From a virus (lineage: Duplodnaviria; Caudoviricetes): a stretch of DNA of 58,378 nucleotides. Under the pieces are notes generated by a model. The model did not search any database. It saw only the letters and a list, made by a program, of their open reading frames with translations, and was not told where the DNA came from. The translations under genes were made by a program, and so were the position numbers. The stretch covers positions 1 through 58,378 of the IMG/VR virus record IMGVR_UViG_3300032249_000138. One strand, 5' to 3'. This document shows, piece by piece, positions 56,601-58,378 of the stretch. The first letter of the stretch is position 1. Every line of letters starts with the position of its first letter.

Positions 56601-57040
56601 TTAGCATTGTTAAGCCAGTTTAATTCTGGGATAGCATTCAGAGAAGTGTTCCACTCTACCTGACGCATAGCTGTCATGAAACGCTTAGCATAGTCCTCGT
56701 CAGATTCATTCTTCTGTTGCTTACCTGCTTCACCATAACGGGCTTCAGCATAGTCACGAATAACCTTTAGATTCTCTGGACTCTTATAGAGGGATTCAAA
56801 TGGTACTTCTTTAGCCTTACCTGCTTCACGTTCAGCTGGTGTACCCTTGATCCGCTGGATAGTAAGATCTTGCTGATATTTAAACTCAGCCTTAGGGGGT
56901 TCTCCGATTAGAGGTAAATCAAATTCAGATTGTTGTGTCGATGTAGGTAAAGCAGGTGCATCCTTAAATTCTTCAGGAGCACCTTCAACCGATACAGAAC
57001 CTACATAAGGTAAATCAAATTCACTAGCTGGCGTAGCCAT
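53699..57040 (-). CDS. Large internal virion protein
   Basis: 1113 aa, helical, last gene of the late arm. Confidence 0.65.
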   Translation of the reverse strand: MATPASEFDLPYVGSVSVEGAPEEFKDAPALPTSTQQSEFDLPLIGEPPKAEFKYQQDLTIQRIKGTPAEREAGKAKEVPFESLYKSPENLKVIRDYAEARYGEAGKQQKNESDEDYAKRFMTAMRQVEWNTSLNAIPELNWLNNAKPDAVLKAARAHNLYDAVPSFYEKGGQPGARPFGEAVLSAISEPTNILSAGIGASARYAFAREAIKNVLSSKVKAMGAAAAAETVIGAGQNVIDQDVRRKTGVQKDELNLIELGIASGLSAFGGAFEAGTAIAGKGTITTKKQLEDKLASKRAGKEAADPATDALNKAFDKSQEDLLNEFDIFEGRRTLDTIDSPTDLTQSQIRTDINRRAIDVAKYVMLLAPEFRPANGQKVSDAVKNIFQSIDTVDDDVIQAALNKANLTPAEFAQATRTTVADAGTILQGYSALARTLKKVSSLDPEAQKLVDDMYGRDHEMVSMTGNFIRVINRLERESKAFVVSGIGTTVRNILGTGTAITFDAASKLIEGAIYTTGKAVTGVVTGSYKQGDITRGLSDTIKDTFNTLGNLADTGLTAETVDLLLKDNPRIQNQIFSALQENQTGDLSKVARVVNTLNVAQDAFFRRAIFASSVERQLRRVGLDMTEMLANNKAIPTDVLKNAADETLKATFAYTPKQQKASQKGVEAAAEGLASNFVSFFEKLPGGSLMVTFPRFMSNAIAFQYRNSPLGGAAGVGDIANGAMRIAKGEDGGQAQLNKGLEKMSKGVVGTAAIYAAYKYRLENQDGEWFNVTNEDGSTVDIRGVFPIGPYMAVGDFLAKQKLGRTEDAKVSELLTAIIGMKMPAGSQASLIDELPNLIAGEEGKGVERVNKAIGRLLGDFAGRFTTPGKAVFEYLDLFDEGGQIARDPNIIGPYSSAKELKRRTEAGEVSDIEKTVTALPTIGQAAVQRVMAKIPELKEELPGFQPYFSDKAPVRAGEFFNSLSGVRLTPEKNLIEREFVKLKLDPYTFFGATGDKVYDRAFIKTSIPYVENRITGLINSERYKGFTRDQQRIAMATNLQETLSMAREITQAKMTVEDRDRVNKMRFDKLPAVARRAINELYAEENDGKTMDETKEYSQVYKYEALIQRFR

Positions 57041-57060
57041 GCATTAATTCCTTAATGTTA

Positions 57061-58341
57061 TTACTGGAGAGACCTGCCATTCCATATTTTAATATTGCCT
57101 TGGCTATCTTTAATTTTCTTGCCGGGAGGGTACGCTTTTGCCATAGCAGCGACATCAATCCCCTTTCCATCCGCTGTTTTTATAACAGTGCCGGGAGTCT
57201 CAAGGTCTGTTGATGCTGCAGGTGTAGCCGTAGCAGCTGCAGGTGCATCAGCAGTTTTATCTTTAGTATCTTTAGCAGTGACAGACTTCCATGAGACTAC
57301 TTTGCCATCTTTAATATTTGCATACGGCAATAAAGCATCACTAGCATTCCGTCCACCTATGATATTGTTATCTTTGTCTAAGATACCTAGTGCTCTAGCT
57401 TGTTCTTGAATCAACTTGTTCTTGTGATCCATGAAGTTCTTAATAGCTTCTGCATCGCCTGTGACAGGAACATAATCATTAACATTAGGATCAAAACGAA
57501 CAACACCCTTAATCACAAAAGGATCTAAGCCAGCACGTAAAGACTTATCCATGACAGAATTAATAGCAGCCGTAGTACGTGGCTTGCCATCTTCACCTTT
57601 CTCTTTAAACATGTCTTTGATGATAGAGTCAGCACGTAATTGAGCCAACAAAGGTTTAGCTTTTTCTGAGTTAAGATCTTCACCCTTAGCCATCAGATCC
57701 CGTAGTTTATTCTGTACATTAGATAACGATTCTGGATTACCAAACTGAGACAGATCAAGTGTTCCAACCGTAGGTTTAAAGTCAGCACCAAGATCCACAC
57801 GACCTCGAGCAATAGCCCTAACTTCAGCAGCAGTTCTACCTGCGACAGATTCAAACTCTTTTTCAGCCTGTGCTACACCGGGAGATGCAAAGCCAAATGC
57901 TCCACGTACAACTGGAGTAGGCTTACCCGCATCTTGATCAACAGCAATGCTAGTTTTCTTACGTACAAATTCTTCTGGGTCCATCTCAGTACCGGGCTTA
58001 GTAACTTTAAAGATACTTGCAAAGTCTACATCCCGTAAATCTTTTTTATTGTTTAGATCTTCAATTAGTTTCTTAGCTACAGGAGGCTGTTGAATAAGAC
58101 CTAAGATCTGACTCTTAGTAAATCCAACACCTTGTGCATTTACGTAAGTAGACAATTGCTTAGCCTGTTCAGATAGAGTATCACGCTCTGTCTTCATACC
58201 CTTTTCTTTAGCCGAAGCCTCTTGAACTAGCTGATCTAATTCTTTAGTAGCCCCATTACGAATCTGCTTATTACGAGATTCGATAGACTCTGCTGCTCCT
58301 GTAGAGAAGCCAGCAACTAATGCTCCGAAGTCAAATGCCAT
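57061..58341 (-). CDS. Putative internal virion protein
   Basis: 426 aa with amphipathic MAFDFGALVAGF N-terminus. Contiguous with 88-603 across the circular junction. Confidence 0.65.
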   Translation of the reverse strand: MAFDFGALVAGFSTGAAESIESRNKQIRNGATKELDQLVQEASAKEKGMKTERDTLSEQAKQLSTYVNAQGVGFTKSQILGLIQQPPVAKKLIEDLNNKKDLRDVDFASIFKVTKPGTEMDPEEFVRKKTSIAVDQDAGKPTPVVRGAFGFASPGVAQAEKEFESVAGRTAAEVRAIARGRVDLGADFKPTVGTLDLSQFGNPESLSNVQNKLRDLMAKGEDLNSEKAKPLLAQLRADSIIKDMFKEKGEDGKPRTTAAINSVMDKSLRAGLDPFVIKGVVRFDPNVNDYVPVTGDAEAIKNFMDHKNKLIQEQARALGILDKDNNIIGGRNASDALLPYANIKDGKVVSWKSVTAKDTKDKTADAPAAATATPAASTDLETPGTVIKTADGKGIDVAAMAKAYPPGKKIKDSQGNIKIWNGRSLQ

Positions 58342-58378
58342 ATTATTCTACCATCCCTTTCTGTGGTCTAGACATCAA
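58256..58378. repeat. Terminal direct repeat, copy 2 (circular assembly overlap)
   Basis: Identical to 1-123. Confidence 0.95.

Noticed and set aside
1-58378. tRNA genes or a phage RNA polymerase
   Set aside because: No cloverleaf with a T-loop consensus was seen in the intergenic gaps, and no RNA polymerase catalytic motifs were seen in the large ORFs. This was checked by eye only.

Overview
This window appears to be a complete ~58.25 kb podovirus-like phage genome. It was assembled as a circle, with a 123-bp overlap between 1-123 and 58256-58378, and opened inside the virion module. The gene content matches HMO-2011-type phages: a family A DNA polymerase with a DnaJ-like CXXCXGXG zinc-finger insertion, preceded by a tyrosine integrase, primase and helicase, and followed by an SSB, nucleases and a class II ribonucleotide reductase. 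No RNA polymerase was recognised. The minus arm (30.1 kb to 1, continuing 58.3 kb to 53.7 kb) encodes small basic proteins, terminase, portal, scaffold, major capsid, tail proteins, five fibre-plus-partner gene pairs, lysis genes and internal virion proteins. The plus arm (31.5-53.7 kb) holds the early and replication genes. The two arms diverge from a 1.35-kb non-coding control region that probably contains the physical genome ends. Four signals are not explained by the gene annotation: (1) a hydrophobic-x-x-G-G peptide tag found 17 times in 8 late proteins, one of which also has a tape-measure-like GEFV domain; (2) a repeated CC/CA(A)C internal-loop RNA element in both the scaffold and capsid leaders; (3) a dense cluster of triloop mini-hairpins at the start of the early arm; (4) a 26-bp dyad element next to early promoters. 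All functional calls come from motif recognition by eye, without database searches.
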